Below are positions 62,601-64,000 of a DNA stretch of 64,000 nucleotides, piece by piece (the first letter of the stretch is position 1; each line of letters starts with the position of its first letter). Under the pieces are notes generated by a model. The model did not search any database, was not told the DNA's origin, and was given only the letters and a program-made list of their open reading frames with translations. The stretch lies in NCBI GenBank assembly GCA_951406725.2, contig OX597819.1, forward strand, positions 84,940,001 to 85,004,000. Reading direction: 5' to 3'. This DNA comes from Octopus vulgaris (Eukaryota). The position numbers and the translations under genes were made by a program.

Positions 62601-62678
62601 CCCTTTGCCTTGTAAGGATGTAGTCAATTTGGCTGGTATGTTGGCCCGATTGGTAAGTGACTAGGTGGCTGGTAGGTT
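59616..62678 (-). mobile_element. Young 5'-truncated RTE-clade LINE
   Basis: Uninterrupted ORF, ~600-bp 3' UTR containing a 98-bp tandem duplication (59951-60146), (GAT)n tail. Confidence 0.95.
60217..62676 (-). CDS. RTE LINE polyprotein (partial APE + RT + PHD finger), lacking its start
   Basis: Frame is open for 161 codons upstream of the 658-aa ORF (QIDYIL, PQHRLVV); RT motifs FVDMEKAFD, GVHQGSVLSPLLF, LYADD. Confidence 0.92.
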   Translation of the reverse strand, partial: PTSHLVTYQSGQHTSQIDYILTRQRERWLLINAKTFPGEECTPQHRLVVSDFRIRTRRTTRRRQIWRRRIWKLKDPANGQRFRDILLEASDEVEGDRASQGVEDSWTFLRDNLLRATDQICGWCKVPSQPRITWWWNNIVDRAIREKRQAWKVWKNGGSRGLYQTAKREARRQVYLARGEADKKKFANVLRREDQRLEVFRVARQCVRENRDVVGEKCVRMEDGSLALNEDAKREVWRCHYERLLNEENEWDKESLPNVDPTEGPAIRVDSSVVAKAIRSMKTGKAPGPSGITAEMLKMSGSVGYSLVTRIVNQVIHKGVIPNDWCSSIIVNCYKGKGDALDTNNYRGIKLLDQVMKVTERVIAQLIRERVSLDEMQFGFVPGKSTTDAIFLVRQLQEKYLAKDKPLYLAFVDMEKAFDRVPRSLIWWAMRKLGIDEWLVRTVRAMYRDAASRVTVGNVYSEEFRVEVGVHQGSVLSPLLFIIVLQAITEEFKTGCPWELLYADDLALIAESLSELEEKFQVWKQGLESKGLRVNLAKTKVVISRKVDKSQTPSGRWPCSICRKGVGRNSIRCTKCKLWTHKRCSNVKGRLTRKMVFVCGRCSGTINTENALRPTSVTFQGEKLEIVDSFRYLGDQVSSGGGCAESVTARVRIAWAKFRELLPLLVTKGLSHRVKGRLYDACVRTAMLHGSETWAVTAEDMRKLARNEASMLRWMCNAGTHTRQSVSTLREKLDLRSISCGVQERRLRWYGHVARMDEDSCVKKCHTLAVEGTCGRGRPRKTWDEVVKHDLRTLGLTEEMTRDRDLWKCAVREKTRQDK

Positions 62679-62915
62679 AAGTGCCTGTGCAGTGCCATGT
62701 AAAAGCACCTCTATGATGACATGTAAAAACGCCTGTGCAGTGCCACGAAAAGTACCCAGCACACTCAGGAAAGTGGTTGGTGCTAGGAAAGGCATTGGGT
62801 CATAGAAACCATGCCAAATCAGACTGGAGTCTGGTGCAGCTCCCCAGCTTGCCAGCTCTGGTCAAACCGTCCAACCCATGCCAGCATGGACAACAAATAT
62901 TATATGATGATGATA
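62679..62915 (+). mobile_element. 3' UTR of an older RTE copy whose ORF end lies at about 59420-59615
   Basis: Left flank encodes DGTCGSERPRKTWDEV; right flank carries the RTE 3' UTR and (GAT)n. Confidence 0.7.
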
Positions 62916-63656
62916 TATTAAGTGTTGTGATATCTTTGTCTTAGGCAAAGACACCTATCACTCGTTGGCCCAGTTTACCTAAATGTAAAGCATTTTTTTT
63001 TTACATTTAGAGAACCTCATATGTGAACATCCCACATACTAGAAACAATAACCAAATCTCCCTCAACACATTATTGTCTTAAGAATGAAGAACACATTAT
63101 ATAATCTAACTCTCTCTCTATATATATACAGAGTGGTAGACTTAATTTATCAGAAAGTTTAACACTACCTTCTGTCCTGTTGGTGCTTTTAGCAGAGACC
63201 ATTCTGTTGTAAAACATTCAAGCAAGCCTCTAGTCTGAAGTTATCTTCTCCCTTATCATCAGTCCTTTCCTCTTTTGATTAAGGAAGTAAAAATGAGAAG
63301 GATACTGCTGGCATGTCTCTGATTATAGGTCTGCTAGGTCAAAGCTGACTAAGGACTAAACTTCAACAACTGATTCTTGAGCAGATACAAGTTACTGTAG
63401 TAGCTTCTTGTACAACTGACTGATGAATGTTTGTGAGAGGATTGGTCTTGAAGAAGGGTCTGGAAGAGTGCCATTGCAGCCCTTCCAAAATTAGTGAAAT
63501 TTTTGTGGTTAATGTCCCTATTGAGCAGCTGCACCGTGATACTGGCAGGAAAAACCTTTTGGGAAAAATGGGTTTTGCCTAGTTGATTTTATATTCACTA
63601 CTTGAAAAGAGACTTATTAACCCACTGGGTTATAGGACACCTCATATTCTCTTGAT

Positions 63657-64000
63657 ATCATCATCATCGTTTAACGTCCGTTTTCCGCGCTAGCACGGGT
63701 TGGACGGTTTCGACCGGGGTCTGGGGAGCTCGGGACTGCCCCAGGCTCCAATCTAGTCTGGCAGTGTTTCTACAGCTGGATGCCCTTCCTAACGCCAACC
63801 ACTCCGCGAGTGTAGTGGGTGTTTTTTACGTGCCACCTGCACAGGTGCCAGAGGGGTCTGGCATCGGCCACGTTCGGATGGTGCTTTTTATGTGGGGGGG
63901 GGGGTGCAGAAATATAGGGGAGCACCAGTGGGGAGGGGTGGTTCAGAGAAATGATGACAGGTTCTAGGCAAGTAGAACGTAGGATATCGAGAGAGGGGTA
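63657..64000 (-). mobile_element. Second copy of the composite RTE-tailed retroposon (runs off the window)
   Basis: RTE tail followed by AATATAGGGGAGCACCAGTGGGGA and AACGTAGGATAT, also present at about 13335-13430. Confidence 0.7.

Overview
AT-rich, repeat-saturated animal genomic DNA. The repeat repertoire (tRNA-derived SINEs, RTE tails ending in (GAT)n, dense microsatellites) points to an octopus/coleoid cephalopod; this is an inference. The only host gene is CPSF1 (CPSF160) on the + strand: 12 GT-AG exons totalling 1,359 nt between 1 and 58829, in continuous phase, covering the C-terminal beta-propeller region; both gene ends lie outside the window. The introns hold two young 5'-truncated LINEs (a CR1-type, and an RTE whose ORF contains a PHD finger), a decayed hAT/Buster transposon, Helitrons, an R4/Dong-like fragment, a Penelope-like GIY-YIG remnant, and many SINEs and MITEs. 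The most unusual signals are: several Penelope-type foldback elements carrying minimal hammerhead-ribozyme motifs, one near-complete on the pre-mRNA sense strand; a composite RTE-tailed retroposon headed by a near-perfect 338-bp tandem array, with a sibling copy at the window end; a Penelope 3' end containing a tRNA-like Pol III head next to a hammerhead motif; a 600-bp microhomology-flanked templated insertion; and a genomic Lys codon at a usually Glu position of CPSF1 (candidate A-to-I recoding site). Repeat boundaries were read by eye and are approximate unless TSDs or termini are quoted.
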